64,000 nt of DNA from the IMG/VR virus record IMGVR_UViG_3300042868_005134, positions 319,412-383,411 of that record; one strand, 5' to 3'. Position 1 is the first letter of the stretch; each line of letters begins with the position of its first letter. Both the position numbers and the translations under genes were made by a program. The notes beneath the pieces are model-generated. The model saw nothing but the letters and a program-made list of their open reading frames with translations. It made no database searches and was not told where the DNA came from. Shown here piece after piece: positions 21,215-31,566 of this stretch.

Positions 21215-21877
21215 TTACACGAATATATGTCGTTTGTCAAGCACTTCTAAATTTTTATAGACCTTTTTGGCTAATCGATTGAGTAATGGATTGTTGCGAA
21301 AATGCGACACGTAGGCTTGTAAATTGGTACTAACGTAAACCGGACCAAATCGCATTTTGGCTAATACCGTTAATCTACTCATGTATCGCTTGGCCCGTTC
21401 AGCAGTCATAACTCTTAGCAAATCTACAGCTATACTAACCGCATAGGCATCTAGCTCGTCAGGATCTGCTAGATATTTGTCATAAGGAGATTCAGCATGA
21501 TCGCTGAAATTTTCATATTTACGATGTTTACTTTGCTGTTGATGACGTAGCTCGTGTACCGTAGCATCATATATTTCTACTAGAAGTTCTGTAGTTTGAC
21601 TGTCTTTAAACTTTAGTAAGTCATCAAAGTTGTGATGAATAATAACTTCGATTGGCGTTTCATTATTGAAATCGCTGTCAGCATCGTAGTATGCTAACAC
21701 GTAAAAATTAGATGGTTCTAATTTCTTATCTTTTTTGGTTTTTAGATCTATATCTAAATCCTGTTCCTTGAATTCTTTTCTTACACTGCCCACTAGTTTC
21801 TTAAAACTAATTGAGTCACAGTTAATGTCTCGAACATTTTTACATACTGTATTCACACGCCCGAGCAAAGAATTCAT
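21215..21877 (-). CDS. HExxH zincin-like protein
   Basis: HELRH...YLADPDELDAYA. Confidence 0.6.
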   Translation of the reverse strand: MNSLLGRVNTVCKNVRDINCDSISFKKLVGSVRKEFKEQDLDIDLKTKKDKKLEPSNFYVLAYYDADSDFNNETPIEVIIHHNFDDLLKFKDSQTTELLVEIYDATVHELRHQQQSKHRKYENFSDHAESPYDKYLADPDELDAYAVSIAVDLLRVMTAERAKRYMSRLTVLAKMRFGPVYVSTNLQAYVSHFRNNPLLNRLAKKVYKNLEVLDKRHIFV

Positions 21878-21878
21878 C

Positions 21879-22100
21879 TTACATCCTATAAGTTATTCTA
21901 CCCTTGGTTAAATCATAAGGGCTCATTTCTATCTTAACCTTGTCTCCAAGTATAATTTTAATTTTATGTTGCTTGAGTCGTCCACCTATGTAGCACAAAA
22001 CTATCTGTCCTACATTGTCAACCTTAACTCTAAAAGTGGTATTTGGCAATACTTCATCTACTACACCAGTGAGCTCTATTAACTCTGATTTTTTACTCAT
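21879..22100 (-). CDS. infA: Translation initiation factor IF-1
   Basis: [18 protein letters not shown]...[21 protein letters not shown]. Confidence 0.95.
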   Translation of the reverse strand: MSKKSELIELTGVVDEVLPNTTFRVKVDNVGQIVLCYIGGRLKQHKIKIILGDKVKIEMSPYDLTKGRITYRM

Positions 22101-22260
22101 GTTTTGTCACAACTATTGCTCCGTTTTCCAGTTTGATGTCGAGTGTATCACCAGTCTTCCATCCTGTTTGTTCAATAATTTCCGGAGGAAATTTTAATAA
22201 CACATTGTCGGGATCTCCTGGAATGTCTTCAAATATATCTTCTACGTTAAATGTTGGCAT
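22093..22260 (-). CDS. AbrB/MazE-like small protein (55 aa, not in ORF track)
   Basis: [10 protein letters not shown]...[33 protein letters not shown], a swapped-hairpin pattern. Confidence 0.55.
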   Translation of the reverse strand: MPTFNVEDIFEDIPGDPDNVLLKFPPEIIEQTGWKTGDTLDIKLENGAIVVTKHE

Positions 22261-22326
22261 ATTGGTCCTGAAATTTCTTACTAGTATTTACATTAATTAA
22301 ATACAGTATACACTTTTTATCAACCA

Positions 22327-23076
22327 ATGTCAAACGCAATAATGCCAATCGATTACGAAAACATTTTAACAAATGGGATTACCATTTGTAGTTCAGGAAC
22401 AAGCGGTCGACCATCTGCTTATTTTCAAACTCCAAAAAAACTCAAATGTGCCAATGACGTAGCAATCAATGTCCAACAATTAACCAAAGATAGTAGAGTA
22501 TACACTTGCTGTAGTTTGGAACATGCAGGTGGCCTTCTTGCTCAAACATTGCCAGCATTGAGTATAGGGGCAACAGTCGATGTAGTAAAGTTCAGTGCTT
22601 ATGATTTTGTACGCGATGTTAACAAATATACGCATACTCATATAACACCGTTACATGCTAAAGCAATAATGCTTACTAAAGGATTCGATACCTTAGACCT
22701 ACATGGCGTATGGGTTACATGTGGCGCAGATCCGGTTACGTGGAATATCATCGAAGCATTTGTACAGCGCGGTGCGACATTCATGACTAATTGGGGAATG
22801 AGCGAAGTGGGTCCTATAGCTATTAATACTATTTTCGACAGTATGGAGAAAATTAATAAGTATAAAACACTCGCGCCCACTAATGCCACTATTATGGGTG
22901 ACCAATACTGGTGTAGCATAAATGTAGTTGACAACGAATTACGGGTCAAGGGTGACATTTGTATATTCGATAGTTGGTTTGAAACTAAGGATAAAGTGTG
23001 TATGATTAACGGCGTCATGTATTACATGGGCAGAACTAATAAGGAGGTAGACTTATGGTCTCCGAAGAAAGGTTAA
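22327..23076 (+). CDS. Truncated adenylate-forming (AMP-binding/acyl-CoA synthetase-like) enzyme
   Basis: SSGTSGRP P-loop, WGMSE, WFETKD and MGR motifs, in only 249 aa. Confidence 0.75.
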   Translation: MSNAIMPIDYENILTNGITICSSGTSGRPSAYFQTPKKLKCANDVAINVQQLTKDSRVYTCCSLEHAGGLLAQTLPALSIGATVDVVKFSAYDFVRDVNKYTHTHITPLHAKAIMLTKGFDTLDLHGVWVTCGADPVTWNIIEAFVQRGATFMTNWGMSEVGPIAINTIFDSMEKINKYKTLAPTNATIMGDQYWCSINVVDNELRVKGDICIFDSWFETKDKVCMINGVMYYMGRTNKEVDLWSPKKG

Positions 23077-23645
23077 AAACAGTCCAATACTCTCCAGAGC
23101 ATTTGGAATCATTAAAAATATTTTGCGAAAAGTGTAGGCTTGAGGGCAATTTAAATAATAGCTCATTAAAAGCTATGCGATTAGAATGGGCATTAGAAAC
23201 CGGGGGACAGTTTTTCTTGACTTATTTAGACGATGAACTTATCAGTGTCAGCGGCTGTCATCCATTGCCAGCGGCAGGCCCTGGAATATTTAGAGTCTTA
23301 TTTAGAGGTATAGAACTTGCCGAGTACCGCAATGTATTCGATATTGTTAGTAAGTCCCATATGTCATCTATTCCATTTTATTACCATTTACCATTACAGC
23401 GTGAGTGGGCTAAACAACAGGGTGCTGAAACATTAGTTATTACTACTAATAAACAAAATCCTGACGGTATTGTTTCAATGGATCAAAGTCATAGGGTATT
23501 TCAATTACTAGAAAAACAAGGCATGGTAACTTGCTTAACAGAAAGTATTATGCTTTTTGATACTGAGCAATCTATATGGGGTATAAATTTAGATTATTAC
23601 GATACTGCCCGTGAAGGATTCCGAGAAAGAAATGGATTACGCTAA
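23055..23645 (+). CDS. GNAT-like acyltransferase (tentative)
   Basis: Beta-strand pattern LISVSGCH...FRVLFRG; adjacent to the AMP ligase. Confidence 0.4.
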   Translation: MVSEERLKTVQYSPEHLESLKIFCEKCRLEGNLNNSSLKAMRLEWALETGGQFFLTYLDDELISVSGCHPLPAAGPGIFRVLFRGIELAEYRNVFDIVSKSHMSSIPFYYHLPLQREWAKQQGAETLVITTNKQNPDGIVSMDQSHRVFQLLEKQGMVTCLTESIMLFDTEQSIWGINLDYYDTAREGFRERNGLR

Positions 23646-24441
23646 CAGTGATAAATTAATTTTTATTTTAGCAAGCCCCGGTGGCAGCGGCCACCGCCTT
23701 GGCAGAATAGTGTCCTGTTTTGACAATGTCTATTGGTATAATAATAAGACTCACAACGGAATCACTCCCTGGGATGTTTTTCATACTAACTTAGTAAAGG
23801 GAAAAACAATCAGTCCTCATCATTTTGATAGACGTACTACTAAGAACATGATCCCATTAATGGGAGAACGAATTGAAAAGTTTTGGGCTGACGAATTTGT
23901 ACATATTTTATACGAAACACGTTGGCCAGACGCAATGGCAGCGGCAGGTGCAGATGAAATTCTCAACGAGGGTAAACATTTAGTCTGGGTATTACATGAT
24001 ATAGGCGATTATCTGCTGACTCATTTCCCTAATGCTAAGATTATTAATCTAATAGATCAAAATGTTGAATACATAGTTGACAGGTACATTAACACAACAG
24101 CACTATTTCCAATTAACATAGAAAACAAAAGTTTAAAACCTATCGCAGGTAAGGAAAGCAAGTTTGCATTATCGTTAGCCAAGTTGCTGGATATAAATCC
24201 AATCCCGACACATCGCGATTATTGGGCATGGTCGACACACGGAGACACGGTGTATTCTTCCGTGTATGATTCCGAGTATTACGATTATGTGGCAACAATT
24301 TTGACCACACAACACATTGAGCGTATAAAGAAAAATCCCAAGTACATTAATGTAACTTGGGATAATCTAGATTTAGAACTTATAAAATCTTTTATAGGCG
24401 CAACATCGATAGATCTTAATTATAAAAATCTTATGAAATAA
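23632..24441 (+). CDS. P-loop sulfotransferase-like protein (tentative)
   Basis: N-terminal IFILASPGGSGH. Confidence 0.4.
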   Translation: MDYANSDKLIFILASPGGSGHRLGRIVSCFDNVYWYNNKTHNGITPWDVFHTNLVKGKTISPHHFDRRTTKNMIPLMGERIEKFWADEFVHILYETRWPDAMAAAGADEILNEGKHLVWVLHDIGDYLLTHFPNAKIINLIDQNVEYIVDRYINTTALFPINIENKSLKPIAGKESKFALSLAKLLDINPIPTHRDYWAWSTHGDTVYSSVYDSEYYDYVATILTTQHIERIKKNPKYINVTWDNLDLELIKSFIGATSIDLNYKNLMK

Positions 24442-25033
24442 TTTCCCAACACATTGCTTCTATATTACTAGTTAGAGGAGCATTCCCTCCGTTAAATAAT
24501 TCTGCGTTAAATGGTTGCCAGTCGTGTACAATATGAAGGTTATTTATAGCGTTAGCTTGATTTGTAAGTTTGCCCATTCTAATTTCTACAAATTTCAATG
24601 CTTGTTCTATAGTAGTTATTGAATCGCCGTATTCTTCAATAATTCTATGGTTACCGGCTTGGGAACAGTTATTAGACATATCGATTAAACATTCAGCAGT
24701 TACTCTTGTATCGGTTGGTCTAAAAAACCATAATCGAGATCCTATCGCCGCTTTTTCCATCACCGTTTTAGTTGTATTTTTAAATCCAAAGAATCCTAAA
24801 TTACATACTGTTTTATTGTCGACTATATTAAACATTTTGGACAATACAGTATCTAGTGTATCTGCTCTGTTTAATGGTTCTCTCATTAAGGGGCCCGTGA
24901 TCATCTGTATATTAGTAAGAGCAAGTTCTTGTTGTAACTTGTTATTATTTGGTAACGCAATGGAAGGTCCTCCTACCATATCATCAACTAACTTATGTGT
25001 CCCTTCTATACCTACAAATATATTAATTTTCAT
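24431..25033 (-). CDS. Hypothetical protein
   Basis: 200-aa ORF convergent with the + strand trio. Confidence 0.55.
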   Translation of the reverse strand: MKINIFVGIEGTHKLVDDMVGGPSIALPNNNKLQQELALTNIQMITGPLMREPLNRADTLDTVLSKMFNIVDNKTVCNLGFFGFKNTTKTVMEKAAIGSRLWFFRPTDTRVTAECLIDMSNNCSQAGNHRIIEEYGDSITTIEQALKFVEIRMGKLTNQANAINNLHIVHDWQPFNAELFNGGNAPLTSNIEAMCWEIIS

Positions 25034-25895
25034 GTTTTTCCTTTATTATACGATTATAATGCTCTAACTTTTCGATACCGAACTCATCTACAATCTTTTG
25101 TTCAACTGCGGACCATTCATATTGTCTTTGAAATTGATAAGCACATTTAATAAGTGAATGATCAAACTCTTCTGCGCTGTTAAATTTAGTGGAAATATTT
25201 TTATTATAAATTCCAATAGCCGATACAGAAGCTTTAGAATGGAATTCATCTGCTTGCTTAACTATATCGTAAATTAAGTCATAGTCTGCCTGAGTTAATT
25301 TATCAAAATATTCAATCTCATCAGTAAACGCTAAATCTTTTATTAATGAATCGTAGTTTTCATGAAATTTAAATTTTATCAAGTGACGTCTTGCGAAATC
25401 TGTGATGGTCTTATTATTCTCTTGAATAACGTCGTACATATATTCATCATTTTGATACCATTGATACGATGGAAATGTTATATCGAACCCACCATTATAC
25501 ATCCACCATTTGTAAGAGGCGGCGTCACCGTTATAAAACAACATAATACTAGCATCTGGAAAATTAGATACTAACCAATCTAGATTTTTATTATGGCAGA
25601 ACCAATGCGATTTGATTATCTTTACACCAGTGTCCCAATTTGAGAATGGCTTTTTAATTTCTGCCAAGAACTCTTCTTTAGTTAGCTTTGATAAGTCTTC
25701 AAAGTTTTCGCCGATTTCGTTGTACGGTCCAAAGTATGCACCAAAGTGATGTACTGCCCTAGTAAAGTTTTGTTTTTTTACATTGGCGGCGTCGGAGTTA
25801 TTTATTGCGGGGTGAAGTGATAATAAAGATAACACTCTAGTCCATCTGGATCCAGGTGCCCCTGCCGCAAAAATTAAATCGTGTCCGTTACTCAT
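25023..25895 (-). CDS. P-loop sulfotransferase/kinase-like protein
   Basis: IFAAGAPGSRW, HFGAYF, IKSH and WW..GG; paralog of 50140. Confidence 0.55.
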   Translation of the reverse strand: MSNGHDLIFAAGAPGSRWTRVLSLLSLHPAINNSDAANVKKQNFTRAVHHFGAYFGPYNEIGENFEDLSKLTKEEFLAEIKKPFSNWDTGVKIIKSHWFCHNKNLDWLVSNFPDASIMLFYNGDAASYKWWMYNGGFDITFPSYQWYQNDEYMYDVIQENNKTITDFARRHLIKFKFHENYDSLIKDLAFTDEIEYFDKLTQADYDLIYDIVKQADEFHSKASVSAIGIYNKNISTKFNSAEEFDHSLIKCAYQFQRQYEWSAVEQKIVDEFGIEKLEHYNRIIKEKHEN

Positions 25896-25896
25896 A

Positions 25897-26565
25897 TTAT
25901 ACTTCAAATGTATGTTTATTTTTGGCAGCAGATAAAAATTCAATTGTTTTTGTTGTCAGTGTGCCCGTTGTTAGTAAACTAACTCGCGGAGTCAATCCTG
26001 CGTTAGCGGAAGAGTGCGGAACATTATGCCAGTCAAATGTATGAATGTCACCTGCTTTCCAACCTTGATATGTAAAGTTTCCGTACTGACTGAAATGTCC
26101 TTGATCCCAATCTGTTAATTGTATCATGATTCTCATAATTTTACTAGGATCTTCAGGATTAAACTTTTCTAATTTATCTAGGTGTTTATTGAATACTTGC
26201 CCTGGCATTTGAACATGTATTCTGTCCATCCTATTAGCCAATCCAATAACGTCACACATCTTTTTAAATATGTCAGGTAGCTTGTAATCGAAATTGCTAA
26301 TAATCAGTTCAGGATTAGCGCCTGCTACTTCTAAGTCATATTCTTCAGAAGCAAGTTCTTCTTCGGGGCGAGACGGCTTGTTAGGATCCCCGCGTGTTCT
26401 CCAAGATACTGGTTTAGATGTTTCTTTGACAACTTCTAACTCTTTACTCCAGTCTCCTGCAAATTTTCCTAACTCAATTATACAGTCCCACTTAGGGTCT
26501 ATTACTGTGGTATCGAAATGATATTGTGATTTAACTTTTAATTTTTCCCAGTTACTATTATTCAT
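25897..26565 (-). CDS. Cupin/2OG-Fe(II) oxygenase-like protein
   Basis: HLD...PHSSAN...PR facial-triad pattern; paralog of 49384. Confidence 0.65.
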   Translation of the reverse strand: MNNSNWEKLKVKSQYHFDTTVIDPKWDCIIELGKFAGDWSKELEVVKETSKPVSWRTRGDPNKPSRPEEELASEEYDLEVAGANPELIISNFDYKLPDIFKKMCDVIGLANRMDRIHVQMPGQVFNKHLDKLEKFNPEDPSKIMRIMIQLTDWDQGHFSQYGNFTYQGWKAGDIHTFDWHNVPHSSANAGLTPRVSLLTTGTLTTKTIEFLSAAKNKHTFEV

Positions 26566-27181
26566 CTTTATTTTCCCATATTGCGTATTGTTCGTATTTC
26601 TTAAGACTACGTGCTATTAAATTTTCATGTTTGACCGGATCAACCCATCCATGACAAAATAATATATATCGATCCTTTGGTATCCCTGTATTAGTATGTA
26701 ATGTTGTTGTGTGTCCTAACACATAGCAGTCGGTGTCCTCTGGCATAGTTGGACGAAGTATATCGTCTTTGACTCTTACTTCTAATTCGCCAGAACGCGA
26801 TCCTTGTATCACAATCCTATATCCGCAAGGTTCGAATTGTTGATTGTGTGTGTATAATTCTGGATTACGATCTGGTGATCTAAAATCAATATGCCACGTA
26901 GATTCTTTAATAACATTATGCATTTTGATAGTTACCAGTTTTGTAAACGGAAGATACAAGTCCACATATTCTTTTAATTTTTGCTGACTATATGTTAGGT
27001 CGTTGCGCCAAGTCGCGTCTTTATAATTATGATAATCTTCATTTGAGTCACACACTGTCAACCGCTGAGCAGCGAATGCCAACGCCGATGGCGGGATAAA
27101 TTCACATTTAAAATCTTGGACTATTTCTTTACAATATTCAAACTTAGGAATATCTATAGGTAGCCAGTGTAGTCTTTTCAA
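26558..27181 (-). CDS. Cupin/2OG-Fe(II) oxygenase-like protein (tentative)
   Basis: WHID...LH...R pattern. Confidence 0.45.
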   Translation of the reverse strand: MKRLHWLPIDIPKFEYCKEIVQDFKCEFIPPSALAFAAQRLTVCDSNEDYHNYKDATWRNDLTYSQQKLKEYVDLYLPFTKLVTIKMHNVIKESTWHIDFRSPDRNPELYTHNQQFEPCGYRIVIQGSRSGELEVRVKDDILRPTMPEDTDCYVLGHTTTLHTNTGIPKDRYILFCHGWVDPVKHENLIARSLKKYEQYAIWENKDE

Positions 27182-27798
27182 AATTTATATCCTATTAACA
27201 TGAATCGTTTATATTGATCTAAGTCTAATGTACCTGCGTATAAAATATCCAGCGGATACTTTGTTTTCATTTCTTCTACATTGTCGCATAAATTAGCGTG
27301 ATCTTCCGCTGGCATATTTGTACTGTGTAATATAACTAACGAACCAGTTCCTATACCGTCGAACCACGTATTATTTATAATATGCTCAGAACTAGGGTTA
27401 ATTATCAACTCGTAATCGTTAAGATTTATGTCATTGACATCTGCGGTAACATGTTTAAATTGTTTATTAAATCTATTTAAATGTTTAGCAAACACTGTTA
27501 ATCTACCATCAGGATCTACTTCTGTTATATTGGTGAATCCTAACTTCCATAAGCAGAAAGAAGTAAATCCAAACCAGGATCCTATAACTAATACGGGTAC
27601 AGTTTTGTCTAGGCAATAATTTTTTAACTCATCTAGCAACCACGTTTTCCCCTGCATTTGTTTTATTCTAAATGCGTCTCGCATTTCTGTTAACGATGTT
27701 GAAGAAAATGCGTCTGGGTTATAAAGAGAATTCATAACTTCGGGAATATACGAAGCAACTAACGAGTAGTCTAAATCTGATCCTTTTAAATTATTCAT
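27178..27798 (-). CDS. SAM-dependent methyltransferase-like protein
   Basis: VLVIGSWFG, EVD, INPSSEH and RFMLIG. Confidence 0.65.
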   Translation of the reverse strand: MNNLKGSDLDYSLVASYIPEVMNSLYNPDAFSSTSLTEMRDAFRIKQMQGKTWLLDELKNYCLDKTVPVLVIGSWFGFTSFCLWKLGFTNITEVDPDGRLTVFAKHLNRFNKQFKHVTADVNDINLNDYELIINPSSEHIINNTWFDGIGTGSLVILHSTNMPAEDHANLCDNVEEMKTKYPLDILYAGTLDLDQYKRFMLIGYKF

Positions 27799-28483
27799 GT
27801 TGTCTAGAATTAAAATGAGTAATTAGCCATTTATAATCATTTATTTTATACAATAAATCTAAATCGTCATTACACAAGTTTACATACTGTTCTGCATCAA
27901 GGTAACCTCTATAGCACCATATCGCATTGTTTGTGCCGTTATCTAAATGTTGGTATGATTTCCATATGTCTAAATATTTTTCAACGTTTACTGCTAATGG
28001 ACGATCTCTAAAGATCTTAGATAATAACTTAACGCAATGCCTAAAAGAAGTTTTCCAAGCATCGTATGGTATAGTGTTATATCTAGTAATTGATAAAACT
28101 TTATCCGGACTAATTTTTGCAGCAGTTGCAGCAACAGAAAAATCTCCCTGGCTCATGTCAGTATTAACAAAACAATCTTTTCGCCATAGTTTAACTCCGC
28201 CATTTTTTACACGTATATCGAGTACCGGATCCAGAGCGTAGAACCATAATAAATCTCTCGCAGGATCTGGCTCCCAATCTAAGGTTTCAGTTAGCCAGTT
28301 ATCTCCGTCAATAGTCCAGAAATGTTCAGTCGTTGATAACGCATTACATGCCATATGTGCTTTATCAATTCCCAAGATACCATGTATTCTTTTTGCGGCT
28401 GGATGAAGTTCAAGTACACGTAACCAATTTTCTTCTTGATTGGCTTCATTAAATGTAATATGAAAAATATCAAACGTAGTCAT
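27791..28483 (-). CDS. Glycosyltransferase-like (GT-A, DxD) protein
   Basis: AH..C...FWTIDGDN and NGGVKLW. Confidence 0.5.
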   Translation of the reverse strand: MTTFDIFHITFNEANQEENWLRVLELHPAAKRIHGILGIDKAHMACNALSTTEHFWTIDGDNWLTETLDWEPDPARDLLWFYALDPVLDIRVKNGGVKLWRKDCFVNTDMSQGDFSVAATAAKISPDKVLSITRYNTIPYDAWKTSFRHCVKLLSKIFRDRPLAVNVEKYLDIWKSYQHLDNGTNNAIWCYRGYLDAEQYVNLCNDDLDLLYKINDYKWLITHFNSRQHE

Positions 28484-29067
28484 TCATCGTCCTTTAAGTC
28501 AGCAACCAACCAACCGATTTTAAATAAGTCATCGGTTATCTCGTCAGTAACTACACTTTCAGGAACATAGGCAGCAACTTTCTTACGAATTATTTCTTGT
28601 TCTATAGTTAGTTCTTGTCCGTCATCTTGATCATCTAGGTACCCGTCATTGCGTATACCGCTACAGTACCAATCAATATAATCACCTTCTTCTCTCATAT
28701 CGGCAATTATGCCACCGGCATGTCTCCAACTACAACTCCATCGTTCGTCTTTCAAAATAGGCCACATCTCGCGTTTAGTGAATTCATTATTACACATGGC
28801 AGCATATAGATGTTGGGCATATACTTGATCTCCTCGAACTTTTTCTAACATCCATTCACAAGTTCTTAAATCGTACTCCATATTATGTTTTTGCCATGCT
28901 GGATTATCTTCCTGTTCCTCGGCTTGCTCTGTCCAGCTATTGTAAAATTTAATCATGCTTACTACATCTGGATCTTGGAGACTTGTGCCTTTTTGTTCTA
29001 TTCGAGCAATATAATTATTACGTTGAAAAGTGAATCGCTCACTGCTTTTAGATATTTTTTTTGACAT
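28480..29067 (-). CDS. Hypothetical phage protein
   Basis: YAAMCNN...SWRHAGGIIA...DYIDWYCSG. Confidence 0.65.
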   Translation of the reverse strand: MSKKISKSSERFTFQRNNYIARIEQKGTSLQDPDVVSMIKFYNSWTEQAEEQEDNPAWQKHNMEYDLRTCEWMLEKVRGDQVYAQHLYAAMCNNEFTKREMWPILKDERWSCSWRHAGGIIADMREEGDYIDWYCSGIRNDGYLDDQDDGQELTIEQEIIRKKVAAYVPESVVTDEITDDLFKIGWLVADLKDDE

Positions 29068-29072
29068 ATACT

Positions 29073-29101
29073 ATTATATAGCATACATAAATTTTAGTCA
29101 A
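29073..29101 (-). promoter_or_regulatory. Sigma70-type promoter (probably yields a leaderless mRNA)
   Basis: TTGACT-17-TATAAT; ATG begins 6 nt after the -10 element. Confidence 0.7.
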
Positions 29102-29128
29102 AAAAATAGGCACCAAAGTGCCTATTTT
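29101..29128 (-). terminator. Intrinsic terminator
   Basis: AATAGGCAC/GTGCCTATT hairpin followed by a U-tract. Confidence 0.75.
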
Positions 29129-29130
29129 AA

Positions 29131-29847
29131 TTATTGTTCTAGGAAAGATACTACTGCTCGCCTGGCTTCTGCTGAAGATACAGTTCCGTGTCCTTGTCCG
29201 TTTAATAGAACTAATTTACCATTTGTCCTGTCACCCCACTGTGAATCGCATTGAAAGCCTCCGTTAGCAAAATACGGATCGTTACCCCAAGATATAGCTA
29301 TGATTGGTGTATTAGCACTAGCCATCACACCTAAGCTACATACAAATCCAGACACAATGACGCCTTTAAATCCCATATCGGGAGTGCGTGTCGCGGCCAT
29401 AGCACCTTCGCTATGTCCCATTAAAAAAATACGTTTTTTGTCTGCCCATTTCATAGTTTGAAGTTGAGACATGGCATACGCTACTTCTGCTGGCCTAAGC
29501 CTGTTAACAGGTACTAATCTTAAATTGTTAATTCTCTCTGTGGTAGAGCAGTTAACAACTCGATTAGGTATTGCGAAAGAATCAGGTAACACTACAATAT
29601 ATCCATTATCTTTCAGCAAACGAGCCCACTGTGTTTCCTCTTGTGTAATGCCTGTACACCCGTGCATCAAGACAACAACAGGCAGTGGACTGGTTACTTC
29701 CACAGTACTAATTTGTTTGGTAAAGAAATTTCCAGGAACATGTACTTCGGCCTTTTCCCAGGATTTACTAATGTCGTAGGCTTCTAACGGCAATGCGTTA
29801 ACAGAACTAGCTAATAAGAATAACAATGTAGCAATAATTTTAGACAT
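29131..29847 (-). CDS. Secreted dienelactone-hydrolase-like alpha/beta hydrolase
   Basis: Signal peptide, MHGCTG, GHSEG nucleophile elbow and C-terminal His. Confidence 0.8.
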   Translation of the reverse strand: MSKIIATLLFLLASSVNALPLEAYDISKSWEKAEVHVPGNFFTKQISTVEVTSPLPVVVLMHGCTGITQEETQWARLLKDNGYIVVLPDSFAIPNRVVNCSTTERINNLRLVPVNRLRPAEVAYAMSQLQTMKWADKKRIFLMGHSEGAMAATRTPDMGFKGVIVSGFVCSLGVMASANTPIIAISWGNDPYFANGGFQCDSQWGDRTNGKLVLLNGQGHGTVSSAEARRAVVSFLEQ

Positions 29848-30301
29848 ACCAAATTTCCTTAAATCCTTCTTCTTCTGTTGGATCTTCCCAGCTAGCAATC
29901 ATGCTGGCAATAACATGATCCGGAATCTCTTTGCCAGGGCGGCCCATCAATCGTCGCATTAGTTCCGTATGCTCAGGTGTCTTAAACACCACGGCAATAT
30001 GCTCATAGTCTGTTAACATGTTAAACTTGCGAGCACGACTTTTAACGGTAGTGCTTGTTTGATCCCAAATGATGTCGCGATTCATTTCACGAGCCACAAC
30101 AACTTCTTTTGCCATAAGGTCTACGGCAGTGGGCATAAAGTCTACAAACACTTCACTGTAGGTGCGTCCTACTTCCTTTGCGTAGATTTCAACCCATTTG
30201 TCTGTACTAATATGGGCACAGGTTAACGCCCAGTCTTGTTCAGCTACCCAGGTAGATTTTCCGCTACCTGGGACTCCAATTAGTTGATAACACTTTGGCA
30301 T
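29840..30301 (-). CDS. P-loop kinase (AAA_33/polynucleotide kinase-like)
   Basis: GVPGSGKSTW, STD, WDQT and EEGF. Confidence 0.8.
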   Translation of the reverse strand: MPKCYQLIGVPGSGKSTWVAEQDWALTCAHISTDKWVEIYAKEVGRTYSEVFVDFMPTAVDLMAKEVVVAREMNRDIIWDQTSTTVKSRARKFNMLTDYEHIAVVFKTPEHTELMRRLMGRPGKEIPDHVIASMIASWEDPTEEEGFKEIWYV

Positions 30302-30309
30302 AATACTCC

Positions 30310-30912
30310 TTACATTGTTGGGCCGTTGCCGTTTTTAAAACCTACACTGCCACCTTCGGCTTCGATACGAGCAATAACATCTTCGAACAAGATAGGTTCA
30401 AAGTCAGTTTGCTCCACGCAAACACAATGATAACGAACATCGTTCTCATCGCTGTATAAAACTTCGCCAGTTCTAGCATCAACACCGCGAGCCTTCTTCA
30501 CACGGTTGGCGTGAGTGTGTCCGTGAATGTTAACTCCAAAACGACCCATGCTATCACTATGTAACGGGATATGGCTCAAGATCATTCCGTTCATAACATG
30601 ATATGCTCGTAATTCACGGAAGTAAGTCCTATACTCGTCATCACGGAAGATGTCGTGGTTACCGCGGATTAAGACCTTGTCACCGTTTAAGCGACCTAAT
30701 GTCTTTAATGCCTTACGGTTAATGACCGCATCACCTAAGTGATAAACTTTATCAGTTGGCTTAACTTTGGCGTTCCATTTAGCAACCATGGCTTCGTCCA
30801 TTTCCTCTGGACTGTCCCATGGCCTTAACTTGGTAACACCGTCGTTACGTGTGAAGCGACATACACCCATGTGACCAAAGTGTGTGTCGCTTACTAAAAA
30901 TACACTAGGCAT
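30310..30912 (-). CDS. Calcineurin-like phosphoesterase
   Basis: SDTHFGH, HLGD, GNHD, SHIP and HGHTH. Confidence 0.9.
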   Translation of the reverse strand: MPSVFLVSDTHFGHMGVCRFTRNDGVTKLRPWDSPEEMDEAMVAKWNAKVKPTDKVYHLGDAVINRKALKTLGRLNGDKVLIRGNHDIFRDDEYRTYFRELRAYHVMNGMILSHIPLHSDSMGRFGVNIHGHTHANRVKKARGVDARTGEVLYSDENDVRYHCVCVEQTDFEPILFEDVIARIEAEGGSVGFKNGNGPTM

Positions 30913-30927
30913 ATTGCCCTCCTTTCT

Positions 30928-31098
30928 TTAATAAATTTCTTTTACAATTTTAAATTCTGTTCCTGGATACTTTGCTTTGAATTCGTCAGTTTTAACATAG
31001 TCGTTAAACTCTTTTGCGTTAAAAAACACTCGATGAAAAACTGATTTGTGATCCAGAGTAGTTACTGTGAGGTAAACTGATTTTGCTTTGCCAGCCAT
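30928..31098 (-). CDS. Small hypothetical protein (56 aa, not in ORF track)
   Basis: MAGKAKSVYLTV... with AAGGA RBS; fills the intergenic gap. Confidence 0.55.
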   Translation of the reverse strand: MAGKAKSVYLTVTTLDHKSVFHRVFFNAKEFNDYVKTDEFKAKYPGTEFKIVKEIY

Positions 31099-31110
31099 TA
31101 AAGTGTCCTT

Positions 31111-31512
31111 TTATTCAATTGCTTTTCTAAAAACTATCTCTTGTCGGGCAAAAGCATCTTGTTCCCAAGGCTGATCCAGATATTTTGTTCGTTTAGTGTA
31201 GCGTTTGCCGCACCAATAATTTACACCATTCTTTACTTTAAGAATGCCTTTGGCAAATTGGCGTACATGGACCATCTCGTGTGCCAGCGTAACTCCGATA
31301 GACTTGATAGACATAGTGGGTTTAATAACTATTACATAGCTATCCAAAATGTCCACAGGAACAGTATAACCCATTCCTTCACAATCTTGTTCTAATCGAA
31401 TAACCAGCGACTTCCTAGTGTTGGTTAAGCCCAATTGCTCAACTATCGAAGGAAGAATAGCTTCGATAAACTTTTTCTTCGTTCGACTACGTGCTTCTAC
31501 AAGATAATCCAT
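31111..31512 (-). CDS. HExxH metallopeptidase-like protein
   Basis: TLAHEMVHVRQ...PWEQDA. Confidence 0.7.
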   Translation of the reverse strand: MDYLVEARSRTKKKFIEAILPSIVEQLGLTNTRKSLVIRLEQDCEGMGYTVPVDILDSYVIVIKPTMSIKSIGVTLAHEMVHVRQFAKGILKVKNGVNYWCGKRYTKRTKYLDQPWEQDAFARQEIVFRKAIE

Positions 31513-31537
31513 GCTCGCTCCTTGTTAGTGTAAATGT

Positions 31538-31566
31538 ATTATAACACAGAACTCGCGGTCAGTCAA
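31538..31566 (-). promoter_or_regulatory. Sigma70-type promoter
   Basis: TTGACT-17-TATAAT. Confidence 0.7.
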
